Assembly: GCA_965197475.1 (NCBI GenBank) | Contig: CBDANF010000003.1 | Location: 960,001-1,024,000 of the forward strand | Direction of reading: 5' to 3' | Source of the DNA: Candidatus Poribacteria bacterium | GTDB taxonomy: Bacteria; Poribacteria; WGA-4E; WGA-3G | Length of the DNA stretch: 64,000 nt | Shown: one piece after another, positions 8,787 through 18,413 of the stretch | Position numbering within the stretch: the first letter of the stretch is position 1 | Layout of the letters: the number at the start of each line of letters is the position of its first letter | The notes under the pieces: model-generated | Told to the model about the DNA's origin: nothing | Databases searched by the model: none | The model's input: the letters and a program-made list of their open reading frames with translations, nothing else | Made by a program: the position numbers and the translations under genes

Positions 8787-11474
8787 CTAAACCTTATACT
8801 CCTTCATCACTTCATCACCATAATGATTGATGACCTTTACCGCAATTTTCCCAGACTCAGGCTTGGCAAACGGGATGCTCTCTGTCCGATACAGTGCCTC
8901 CCACGCCTCCTCGTTAACTTCTGCTTTGAGTGCCTTTTGCAGCTGCTTATACGGTTCGTTTTCACCTGTGAAATATGCATGCCGCACAAAAAACGCTTCG
9001 CCGTTGTAAGCAGTATCAATGAACCAACATGCGATATCCTCTGGTGTATTCGAACGGAGTAATCCTTTCACTGGATCGTATACATCTACACCTAAGAGTT
9101 TGACAGAGATGGCGCCATCTTCATTTTCATCAATTTCAATATCAGGTTCCCCGAACACCATGAACAGATTGCCTTCACCTGTGTTTTTAAGCTCGCGCAC
9201 CATCAACTCAGGACTAATTTTGACAGGAAGTATCGGTAAACTCCCAATTCGCGTGTCCTCATCAGCGGTATACCCCTCAAATGCGAATGCTGCAACAATA
9301 AGCAGGTCGTACTCAGAGATTTTTCGCACAGCCTCCTTTGCAGCTTCCCGCATCCACTGCTTACCGACGGTATCATACTGCGGTCCGATGCTGATAGCAA
9401 CGCTCTGTGTTTTTTCGTCTTTGTCTGTCCACACACCTTCGGCATGGAGCCACTCACCGGGATGTTCCTCTAACCAATCAAAGGTGATGCGCTGTTCCTT
9501 GAGACGATTTTGCACGCCTGCTGTTTTGAGATGTTCAAGGATATGTTTGTGGTAATCTTGCACATTTTCAGGGGACGCAGACGGTGGCGCAGCACTCTCT
9601 ACGTCGGCAGGGTCAAAGACAAGATTCGGGGATAAACTTTCCACAGTGAAGGGACCTGTGACGCGAATCCGTTTTTTGTCTTGATAAGGTTGATCATAAA
9701 GAACTTCACTTTTGGCACGTTTCGCAGTTGATGCATCCATCGTCAATTGCCGTTCGCGTTTAAGTGAGAGCCATTCACGATGCATTTTTTGAAATTCCGT
9801 GTCCCATTCCGTATCGGTTTCAGTTGGCACCTCCCACTCTTCCCAATTTTGCCCGATAAGGCGGTTCATTTCGGCACGAAGCGGATCTAATTTCTCGGCA
9901 TATTCGGCATGGATATTGTCAATTTCTGTGTTATTTGCCATGTCTGAGAGGCTAACATACGGTGCAGTTTTATAGGAAAAACCACTCTTGATATCGTCTG
10001 CGTCTTGAAGGCGGTAGTAGGGATATTTGGCAGACATCAAACGAGTACGTGCCAATGCAAGAGCTACCTTTGAAGTATCTACTGTTATCCAACGTCTTCC
10101 CCACTGCTCTGCTACATAAGCAGTTGTGCCGCTGCCACACGTCGGATCAAGGACTAAGTCCCCTGGATCAGTTGTCATGAGTATACACCTTTGGATCACC
10201 TTAGGATTTGTTTCAACGACGTAAGTTTTTCCTGAACGTCCCCCTGCAGTATCTATCCATAGATTAGTAGTAGAACGTCCAGGAGAATCAGCTGGGTACC
10301 GAATATAACGTAGAGATTTTCCAGGAGCGAGAAGTCTGCCCTGTTTTGCCATTCGGTCTAATCCATCACGACTTGCTGCCCAACCTCTGTCGCTTGTAGG
10401 AACAAAAACTTTCCCTTCAAACTCGTAAGGATACGTTGCGTCACCAGCAGTTTGTGATGTCACTGAATAATCTACAAATCTCCGGCTTCCTTCAGGTAGC
10501 AAAGAAGGATCTTCTTTCTCCTTTCTTGTCATTCCACGGCGCGTACCATCTGGCAATTCAACCTTTTCGTAGGATTTTAGGAGAGGATCAGCAGAACGTT
10601 CATCCCATTCCATGTATAGTTGACGGTACTTCATCTCGTTTTTATCTTTTGCATACCATAATAGATAATCAAAAACTGAAGATATGGAAGAAGATGATGT
10701 CAATTCACCTCTTGTCCATGCCACAGTGGTAACAGCATTTTCACCACCAAATACCTCATCTAACACACATCGGACGAGATGGACGTTCTCATCGCTAATC
10801 TGGACGAAAATACTACCTGAATTGTGGAGCAATTCGTATGCAACGGTAAGCCGGTCACGAAGATAAGTGAGATAAGAGTGAATGCCCAACTCCCACGTAT
10901 CACGGAATGCTTTAATCTGTTCGGGTTGCGGTGTTACGCCTTCTATTTTCGCATCATCAACGCTCTGCTTTCGAGTACTAACCTGCCAATTACTACTAAA
11001 TTTGATACCGTAAGGCGGATCAAAAAAGATTGTCTGTACACTATTTTTAAATCCCTCTTTTTCTGCAAGAGAGTTCATGACTGCAAGCGAATCGCCAAGG
11101 ATAAAACGGTTATGCCAGTTTTGCTCGTGTTGGTAAAACTCAATTTTCTGGTCAAAGTCAAGGTCGTCGAATCCTTCAAAGAGTGTTCCAATCTGGTCTG
11201 ATTCCTTCTGCTGTTGCGCGCGAAGCACTTCAATGATGGCTTGCGGTTGGATATGCTCCTGAATGTAGATAGGAACGGCTTGCACCGCAAGATCATCATC
11301 GTTCTGCTGGTCTTTACCTTTCCAAACTAATTGCGGGTCAAGGGCAATATCGCGCGGGTAACGTGTTGGTGCGAAGTCATCATTTTCAGCAAAGCCGCTC
11401 AGTTCTTGGGTTGGGTTGTTAGGAAGTTTGTCGGTATGTTCATAATGGTTAATAGGTTTTTTCGGCATAGGCAA
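8787..11474 (-). CDS. mod: Type III-like adenine DNA methyltransferase (Mod, beta-class)
   Basis: Catalytic DPPY precedes SAM-binding DPTCGSGTT; same strand as and upstream of res; AGGAG SD. Confidence 0.9.
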   Translation of the reverse strand: MPMPKKPINHYEHTDKLPNNPTQELSGFAENDDFAPTRYPRDIALDPQLVWKGKDQQNDDDLAVQAVPIYIQEHIQPQAIIEVLRAQQQKESDQIGTLFEGFDDLDFDQKIEFYQHEQNWHNRFILGDSLAVMNSLAEKEGFKNSVQTIFFDPPYGIKFSSNWQVSTRKQSVDDAKIEGVTPQPEQIKAFRDTWELGIHSYLTYLRDRLTVAYELLHNSGSIFVQISDENVHLVRCVLDEVFGGENAVTTVAWTRGELTSSSSISSVFDYLLWYAKDKNEMKYRQLYMEWDERSADPLLKSYEKVELPDGTRRGMTRKEKEDPSLLPEGSRRFVDYSVTSQTAGDATYPYEFEGKVFVPTSDRGWAASRDGLDRMAKQGRLLAPGKSLRYIRYPADSPGRSTTNLWIDTAGGRSGKTYVVETNPKVIQRCILMTTDPGDLVLDPTCGSGTTAYVAEQWGRRWITVDTSKVALALARTRLMSAKYPYYRLQDADDIKSGFSYKTAPYVSLSDMANNTEIDNIHAEYAEKLDPLRAEMNRLIGQNWEEWEVPTETDTEWDTEFQKMHREWLSLKRERQLTMDASTAKRAKSEVLYDQPYQDKKRIRVTGPFTVESLSPNLVFDPADVESAAPPSASPENVQDYHKHILEHLKTAGVQNRLKEQRITFDWLEEHPGEWLHAEGVWTDKDEKTQSVAISIGPQYDTVGKQWMREAAKEAVRKISEYDLLIVAAFAFEGYTADEDTRIGSLPILPVKISPELMVRELKNTGEGNLFMVFGEPDIEIDENEDGAISVKLLGVDVYDPVKGLLRSNTPEDIACWFIDTAYNGEAFFVRHAYFTGENEPYKQLQKALKAEVNEEAWEALYRTESIPFAKPESGKIAVKVINHYGDEVMKEYKV

Positions 11475-11548
11475 ATCTCCTTTCTCTTAATTTCATGCAA
11501 ACCCGAGATTCAAACAAAGAATCCCCAGATTTCCAATTGAATTTAGTA

Positions 11549-12607
11549 TCAACTGTCGTGACTTTGTAATCCTATTTCATCAAGCGTCTCTGCGGTCAAT
11601 GCTTTGTCAAAGATCAAATCAAGGCGGGCAAGACTCTGTATTAAGTTAATCTCGTTTTTAACAGACTCAGGAACAGTAGAAAATCGGGATTGTAGCAGTT
11701 TGATGATGTCTTCCCGTTTCGCTTGTTCTCTGCCTTGTTCTCTGCCTTGTTCAATACCTTGTTCTCTGAGAACGTCTGCCATTGACTTTGCCATGTTTTC
11801 TACCTCCATATTGTGTGTATGTTGTTCAACAAGCCGTATCAAGTCTTCATGTTCTTCAGCAGGATGCCGATGTAGGATAAACAAAATCAAATAGGTGATT
11901 GCCTTGCGTCGCTGCGGTGCTTGTGCTTCATCAAGCGTAATAAGGTGCGACACCGCTTCAAGCAGCACATTACTTAGCGTATCCTTATCAGCATTTTCCT
12001 TTTGAAGAACTGTTAGCAACCACCCTAATAGATGGTCTGTCTTTGTTAGCTCTGCTGCCTCTGTTTCATTTACGCTTAGAAACAACGTGTCAAATTTTGG
12101 AACAAACCGCGTGAGCACATCAGGAATATCCATTATCGCATTGAGGGTAAGCGGATTATTCCATTGCTTCTCACCAGTGTAATATACAATCGGAAGAATC
12201 GGACGAAACCGCGACTTACTTTTAGGCACATTGTTAGATTCCCATTCCCTGCGTTGAAAATCCCAAATTTGCATCATGTAAAACAACACACGGAAACCCA
12301 TTATCGGGTCAACCGTGGATTGATGTTCAATGAGAATATAGATAAGCAGTTCATCTGTTCCTGATTCGGTCTGAAAAGGCGCGCTAAACACCATGTCAGA
12401 CTCTTGTTCGCGAAGCGTGTCAGGAATAAAACTCCTGTTAATCTGTGAGAGACGATCGAAATCAATATACGTCACTAATTCACTTGCAAGGATTTCTAAC
12501 AAGCCTTGGACGAACTCTTTGTCTTCAAACAGCCATCGTGTACTTCGGTCAGGAAAGTGTTCAATCGGGATGTCAAGTAAATTGGGTATTTCTGGTTCTT
12601 TTGTCAT
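11549..12607 (-). CDS. Rpn family recombination-promoting nuclease / PD-(D/E)xK putative transposase
   Basis: ESDMVF...YILIEHQS, PILPIVYYTG, C-terminal EQGIEQGREQGREQ repeats. Confidence 0.88.
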   Translation of the reverse strand: MTKEPEIPNLLDIPIEHFPDRSTRWLFEDKEFVQGLLEILASELVTYIDFDRLSQINRSFIPDTLREQESDMVFSAPFQTESGTDELLIYILIEHQSTVDPIMGFRVLFYMMQIWDFQRREWESNNVPKSKSRFRPILPIVYYTGEKQWNNPLTLNAIMDIPDVLTRFVPKFDTLFLSVNETEAAELTKTDHLLGWLLTVLQKENADKDTLSNVLLEAVSHLITLDEAQAPQRRKAITYLILFILHRHPAEEHEDLIRLVEQHTHNMEVENMAKSMADVLREQGIEQGREQGREQAKREDIIKLLQSRFSTVPESVKNEINLIQSLARLDLIFDKALTAETLDEIGLQSHDS

Positions 12608-12675
12608 AGTCTCTATTACATCAAAGCATCTTGCAACTCAACGCCAGACGGTTCAACATCAATCGGATAATCAGA

Positions 12676-13863
12676 TTAATCAGCAGCAGGTGCGAAGGTT
12701 TCAGGATTCTCTGCAGCTGCATCGTAATCGTCAATTAGTTTTGTAATAACAGGATTATCACCACAAAGCGGGCAATTTTCATCTCGCGAGACTTTCATTT
12801 CGCGATAAGTCATACCGAGCGCATCGTAAAGGATAAGTCTGCCGATAAGTGGCTCCCCGATACCGATAATATACTTAATTGCTTCCGTCGCCATCATTAC
12901 GCCAATTACGCCTGGGAGCACGCCCAGGACACCAGCCTCATTTCAGCTTGGCACCATGCCCGGTGGTGGTGGCGTGGGATACATGCATCGGTAGCACGGA
13001 CCTTCGTTCGGTTTAAAGAGGGTTACCTGTCCTTCAAACTGGAAAATACTGCCGTGAACGATCGGTTTATTCATAAGCACCGCAGCATCGTTAACGAGAA
13101 AACGGGTCGCAAAGTTATCACATCCATCCACAATTAGGTCATATTCAGAGAAAATCTCTTCAACATTGTCAGCAGTCAAACGGAGATTATACGGTGTAAT
13201 CTCAACATCCGGATTAAGCGACTTGATAGTCGTTGTAGCGGACTGAACTTTTGGTGTCCCGACAGCTTCTGTGCGATGGAGTATCTGACGCTGCAGGTTG
13301 CTTAACTCCACCACATCTGAATCAATAATGCCCATGTGTCCGATGCCAGCAGCACCAAGATAAACCCCCGCGGGTGAACCTAATCCACCTGCACCGACAA
13401 GCAAGACCTTCGCATCAAGCAGCTTCGCTTGACCACGTTCACCTACTTCTGTGAGCATAAAGTGTCGACTGTATCGGTCAAGCTGCTCATGGGACATCTC
13501 TTTATCTTGTGCGGTTGGAAAACCAGCGGCTGACCAATCTCGGTATCCACCTGCCATGGACACGGTATCTGTATATCCCATTTCACGAAGCGATTTTGCT
13601 GCGAGAAGCGAACGGAGCCCAGCAGCACAATAGACGACAACCTTTTGGTCCCGGTCAGGAATATAATCTTCAACAGAAAATTCCAGCATGCCACGTGTGA
13701 CGTGAACAGCATCGGGGATATAGCCCGCGCGATACTCATCTTCATCGCGAACATCCAGAAGCACAAAGTCGCTGCTGTTCTCCTGATCCGCTTTCACGTC
13801 AGCAACGGTCACTTCTGGAATTTCTGTTTTTGCCTCCTCTACGATTTGCCTATAGGACTTCAT
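12676..13863 (-). CDS. moeB: Rhodanese-MoeB/MoeZ adenylyltransferase-sulfurtransferase, probable selenoprotein (395 aa with TGA read-through)
   Basis: Rhodanese CAAGLRS, RYSRH, GAGGLG, SNLQRQ, CYRC, CPLC; the two track ORFs are in frame and join as PGMVPS-TGA-NEAGVLGVLPG where the family has Cys. Confidence 0.88.
12911..12928 (-). promoter_or_regulatory. Candidate bacterial SECIS hairpin
   Basis: CCTGGG-CGTGCT-CCCAGG starting 14 nt after the TGA; loop begins 20 nt downstream with GU at loop positions 2-3. Confidence 0.6.
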
Positions 13864-14182
13864 ATATTGTTCTCCAAAGTTTTATGTTTCTGTTTTGCCA
13901 AGACTGATTATCCCATAAGTTGAGAGGTGACAATCAGTCTACTATGATGACGATTCGCAATTTCTATTTTCGCAAGTGAGTGTCCGAAAATGTCATGGAT
14001 TCATCTCTAATCCTAAAACGATTATACCATGATTTCCTATCCTTGTCAACCATTTTGCCAGAGCCATTCAATTTTCGAAATACATATTGTTGTATAGGTT
14101 ATCATCATGTGTGGTCTGGCTTTTCACGCCACACATGATGGACTTCACCTTAGAGATTAGTCTAAAATCATTTGAGGTGAAA

Positions 14183-14265
14183 AATGACAAACAAAAGTCT
14201 CGTCATCTACTTGAAATGTTAGCAGAAGTTCCTGATTCTCGCAAGTCACAAGGCAAACGCTCCCC
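14183..14265 (+). pseudogene. ISAs1-like transposase N-terminal remnant
   Basis: HLLEMLAEVPDSRKSQGKR resembles the ISAs1 DPR...GKR N-terminal motif; no continuation. Confidence 0.5.
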
Positions 14266-14463
14266 GACAAACACCCATTTGCAATTTCTACCGAGATGTG
14301 TTAGAATAGGTCTATAATATATTATTGGAAACTACACCTACATTCAAATTGCCCGGAAGACGAATCGCTCTGATAGTGCCTTCATAACTATTTTCTCTAT
14401 TGTCTGTGCTGACACTGCTTGCTACTGGAAATGTTCCTATTTCTATATCTGTTATAAGGAGAG

Positions 14464-15168
14464 ATGATGACACTTTTCAAAAGGTATATTGCGCTGCTTT
14501 TGATTTTTATCGGCATCGCGCTGTTATGGAACACTGTTGTAATGTATCCGCTCAAAATCTTCGTTGTGTTTATGCACGAAGTGAGCCATGGACTTGCAGC
14601 GTATGCCACGGGTGGCAGTATCGTCGAAATTGAGGTTAATCCTCAACAAGGAGGGCTTGCGCTCACAAGGGGAGGCTCTCGGTTTTGGACCCTCACCGCA
14701 GGTTATCTCGGTAGTCTGTTGTGGGGTGGTATTATCTTGCTTTTGGCAGCGAGAACGCACTTGGGTAAAGTGATTAGTGTGTTGATCGGTATCGGCATGG
14801 TAGCTATCTCTATCGGTTTTGGTTCTAATATGTTTACGATCCTTTTCGGTGTCGGTTTTGGGGTAGTACTTATTGCTGTCGGATTGTTCCTTCCAGAGGT
14901 GATCAATGATTGGATATTACGGATCATTGGCGTAACAAGTTGCCTCTATGTAATTCTTGACATCAAGAGTGATGTTTTGGATCGGTCACATTTACGTTCA
15001 GATGCTCGGATGCTTGCAGAAGTGACATCTCTTCCGACAGAGTTTTGGGGCATATTGTGGATTGTCATCGCCATTGGGTTAACTTTCTGGTTTCTCTACA
15101 TCGCTGGGAAATCACCTGATTCTACAAATGCGGGTAGTACAGACTCTGTTTCTACGGATATGCGTTAA
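14464..15168 (+). CDS. M50B-like membrane metallopeptidase
   Basis: HEVSH motif in TM context, AGYLG, SDARMLA. Confidence 0.85.
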   Translation: MMTLFKRYIALLLIFIGIALLWNTVVMYPLKIFVVFMHEVSHGLAAYATGGSIVEIEVNPQQGGLALTRGGSRFWTLTAGYLGSLLWGGIILLLAARTHLGKVISVLIGIGMVAISIGFGSNMFTILFGVGFGVVLIAVGLFLPEVINDWILRIIGVTSCLYVILDIKSDVLDRSHLRSDARMLAEVTSLPTEFWGILWIVIAIGLTFWFLYIAGKSPDSTNAGSTDSVSTDMR

Positions 15169-15377
15169 TTCTTAAGTGGGCCGAAGTCTATATTGTAATA
15201 GTTAAGCAGCCACACGCAGATACCTAACAGAAATAGAGGAATACAGATAAGCAGGATAAGGATAAAAAATCCCCATATCCAGGAACCTTTAGATTTTGCG
15301 ACGGTTGCCAAACGAGCGATCAACACCCCACCACCTATCAAAATAATAACAACGAGACCGAGTATCACCATCATCAT
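15165..15377 (-). CDS. Small two-TM membrane protein
   Basis: Two hydrophobic stretches; AAGGAAAG upstream. Confidence 0.55.
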   Translation of the reverse strand: MMMVILGLVVIILIGGGVLIARLATVAKSKGSWIWGFFILILLICIPLFLLGICVWLLNYYNIDFGPLKN

Positions 15378-15392
15378 TTTTCTTTCCTTTCT

Positions 15393-17303
15393 ATGAAGCC
15401 TCCAACGAAAAGTCCAATCACGTTACGTGCAACACTGATTGGCATTGCCCTCATTCCACTTAACAGTTATTGGATTCTACATCTCAGTTATATATGGGAT
15501 TCTAATCGTCCCACAAGTTTGGCGTTGCTGTTCAATGTGCTGTTTACGTTACTTGTTCTCATTGCGCTCAATACCTTATTGCGCCGGTTGCGCTCAACGT
15601 TTGCGTTTACACAAAGCGAACTGTTAACTATCTATGCGATGCTGTGCCAAGCTTCTGTTTTTGCTGGACGCGACATGTTACAAGTGTTAGTTCCGTTAAT
15701 GGGTAACAGCTTTTGGTATGCAACACCCGAAAACGAGTGGGCACAACTCTTTCATCAACATCTCCCTGACTGGCTTGTTGTCAGTAAGCACGATATATTA
15801 CAGGGTTTCTATGAAGGCGAATCCACATTTTATCTTCAAGCGCACCTACAGGCGTGGTTGTTACCAACGCTAATATGGGTAGGCTTCTGTCTCGTTATCG
15901 GTGTAACAATGCTCTGTCTCAATGTGCTTTTACGCAAGCAGTGGCAAGAGCATGAACGACTCACCTATCCGATTTCCCAACTTCCCCTTGAAATCACGCA
16001 AGGAAAAAACCGATTTTTCAATCGACGGATGATGACTGTGGGGTTGTGCATCGCTGCTGGACTGAACCTTCTCTATAGTTTACACCAAATCAATCCTGTT
16101 TTCCCTACAATTCCGCTCTATCACAGTTTCAGTCTCACCGAAAAGCCGTGGAGTGCAATGAATAATCCCGGATTTCGCATTAGTTTCTTCCCGTTTGCGA
16201 TCGGTGTTGGCTTCCTGATTCCACTTGATTTGGGTTTTTCCTGCTGGTTTTTTCATCTGTTTTGGCACTTTCAACGGATTATCGGTGAAAGTTTCGGGTG
16301 GCGCAGTGCTATTGGATTTCCGAGAGAAATGGCACAAATTCGAGGTGTGTGGATAGCCTTATTTCTCTGGACACTGTGGATGGGACGTTCACATGTTAAG
16401 GTCGTGTTGAAGACTGTGTTCGGCAGTCGTGCCTTAACTAATAGCGATGAAGGTGAGGCGTTGCGCTACAAAACGGCAGTGGTGGGAGCACTGATTGGAT
16501 TCATCTTGATTGTGGCGTTTTGTTTAAAAGCTGGGATGTCTCTGTGGTTTGCTGCGCTGTTCTTTGTGCTATATTTTGCAATGTCAATTACTATTACCCG
16601 CATCCGCGCGGAATTGGGTCCACCTGCACACGACCTATACAACGCGGGTCCTGACTTGCTATTGACAGATGCATTCGGGACACGACGTATCGGTAATCGC
16701 AACCTATCAGTGATGTCGCTGTTCTTCTGGCTGAATCATCTCTCTTATCGTGCGCATCCGATGCCGCATCAATTGGAGGCTTTAAAACTCGCACATCAAA
16801 CCCGCTTTAATGCCACGCAACTTTTGTGGGTATTAACGATCGCGATTTTTGTCGGTGCACTTTCGGCTGCATGGGGACACCTACACCTTTCTTATCAGGT
16901 TGGTTTAGAGAATGCACGTTCATGGTATGCCCGTGCAGCTTTCAATCGACTCGCTGGATGGCTCTATAATCCCAGTGACACGAACTTCAGCGGATTGTTG
17001 TATACTGCTGGCGGATTTGTTTTCGCTGGAAGTCTACTAATGTTGCGATGGCGATTTATTCAGTGGCCCCTACATCCTGTTGGATATGTTGTTTCAAGTT
17101 GGTGGACGTTTACCGGACTTTGGTTTCCACTTCTAATCAGTTGGACAGTTAAACGGATTCTGCTTTCAACGGGTGGTGTTCGGTTATATCGGCGTGCCAT
17201 ACCGTTTTTTATTGGTTTGGTTATTGGGGACGTTATCGTTGCATCTATTATTAGCATTTTTGGATTGTTCTTTGATTTTCGAGTCGTCTATCTCAGTTGG
17301 TAG
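15393..17303 (+). CDS. Polytopic membrane protein (DUF6785/DUF6784-like, OPT-related putative transporter)
   Basis: Many TM segments; RKQWQEHERLTYPI, RIRAELG, WPLHPVGY, PFFIGLVIGD motifs. Confidence 0.7.
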   Translation: MKPPTKSPITLRATLIGIALIPLNSYWILHLSYIWDSNRPTSLALLFNVLFTLLVLIALNTLLRRLRSTFAFTQSELLTIYAMLCQASVFAGRDMLQVLVPLMGNSFWYATPENEWAQLFHQHLPDWLVVSKHDILQGFYEGESTFYLQAHLQAWLLPTLIWVGFCLVIGVTMLCLNVLLRKQWQEHERLTYPISQLPLEITQGKNRFFNRRMMTVGLCIAAGLNLLYSLHQINPVFPTIPLYHSFSLTEKPWSAMNNPGFRISFFPFAIGVGFLIPLDLGFSCWFFHLFWHFQRIIGESFGWRSAIGFPREMAQIRGVWIALFLWTLWMGRSHVKVVLKTVFGSRALTNSDEGEALRYKTAVVGALIGFILIVAFCLKAGMSLWFAALFFVLYFAMSITITRIRAELGPPAHDLYNAGPDLLLTDAFGTRRIGNRNLSVMSLFFWLNHLSYRAHPMPHQLEALKLAHQTRFNATQLLWVLTIAIFVGALSAAWGHLHLSYQVGLENARSWYARAAFNRLAGWLYNPSDTNFSGLLYTAGGFVFAGSLLMLRWRFIQWPLHPVGYVVSSWWTFTGLWFPLLISWTVKRILLSTGGVRLYRRAIPFFIGLVIGDVIVASIISIFGLFFDFRVVYLSW

Positions 17304-17379
17304 TGTATCACAGGGTTTAGCCACGGTTATTGGATTCTCAAGTCTATTTATTCCGAAAGATTTAGAATAAAAAGTTATC

Positions 17380-17408
17380 TTGAAATTTTCAGGCATACCT
17401 GCTATTAT
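17380..17408 (+). promoter_or_regulatory. Sigma70-like promoter of pyrD (very short leader)
   Basis: TTGAAA-17 nt-TATTAT ending 11 nt before ATG; no SD. Confidence 0.5.
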
Positions 17409-17419
17409 TATTATTCATA

Positions 17420-18349
17420 ATGAATACAACAGACTTGTCACTCAGCGTGAATATTGGCGGGATTCGGATGCGGAACCCTGTGATGACTGCGTCGGGAACG
17501 TTCGGCTACGGCAGTGAATACGCGGATTTCGTAGACCTGAATCGACTCGGTGCGGTTGTCGTTAAAGGTGTTACAAGCGTGCCGTGGCCCGGCAATCCGA
17601 TGGACCGCATTATGGAAACTCCGTCCGGCATGCTCAACGCGATTGGGCTGCAAAATGTCGGGGTAGATGGGTTCATTACAGAAAAGTTACCTTATCTTCA
17701 AGATTTTGACGTTCCGGTGATTGTTAATGTCTGTGGCAAAACAGTTGAAGAATACTTAATAGTCGTAGAGAAGTTAAGCGAGGCGGATGGTGTTGCTGGA
17801 GTGGAACTCAATATCTCCTGTCCGAATCTAAATTGCGGAGGCATGAGTTTCGGTGTTGATGCGACTTTAGCACATCAACTTGTCAAAGCGGTGAGAGCGA
17901 AGACGCATTTACCGCTATTGGTGAAATTGTCGCCAAATGTCACGGATATTACCGAGATCGCACGCGCCGTTGAAGATGCTGGAGCAAATGCACTTTCTGC
18001 GATTAACACGTTGATCGGTATGGCAATCAACGCGGAGACACGCAAACCGGAACTTGCAAACGTCACGGGCGGTCTCTCAGGTCCTGCGATAAAACCTGTC
18101 GCTTTACGATTGGTTTGGGAGGTTTACAAAAGTGTTTCTATCCCAATTGTTGGGATGGGCGGTATTATGAGCGCGACAGATGCCGTGGAATTTTTCATCG
18201 CTGGGGCATCTGCTATCGCTGTCGGTACAGCGAACTTTGTCAATCCACAGGCATCAATGGAAGTCGTGAATGGCATCCACGACTATCTTGAGAAGGTGGA
18301 CATGAAATCAATAAAGGAATTGGTTGGGAGTTTGAAAGTCGGTGAGTAG
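17420..18349 (+). CDS. pyrD: Dihydroorotate dehydrogenase family 1B catalytic subunit
   Basis: NPVMTASGTFG, NISCPN, KLSPN, GGLSGPAIKP. Confidence 0.95.
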   Translation: MNTTDLSLSVNIGGIRMRNPVMTASGTFGYGSEYADFVDLNRLGAVVVKGVTSVPWPGNPMDRIMETPSGMLNAIGLQNVGVDGFITEKLPYLQDFDVPVIVNVCGKTVEEYLIVVEKLSEADGVAGVELNISCPNLNCGGMSFGVDATLAHQLVKAVRAKTHLPLLVKLSPNVTDITEIARAVEDAGANALSAINTLIGMAINAETRKPELANVTGGLSGPAIKPVALRLVWEVYKSVSIPIVGMGGIMSATDAVEFFIAGASAIAVGTANFVNPQASMEVVNGIHDYLEKVDMKSIKELVGSLKVGE

Positions 18350-18413
18350 TAATCGTTAAAATCTGGGTATGAAAGGGATAAAGCGCACATAGAACACGCG
18401 TTATAGGAGAACA

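Noticed and set aside
12676-13863. moeB as a nonsense pseudogene or two genes
   Set aside because: The stop is TGA exactly at the conserved Cys, both halves are intact and in frame, and a SECIS-like hairpin follows
13864-14000. Hairpin upstream of moeB as a Moco or SAM riboswitch
   Set aside because: Only a single stem (GACTGATT...AATCAGTC) is visible; no recognisable aptamer consensus
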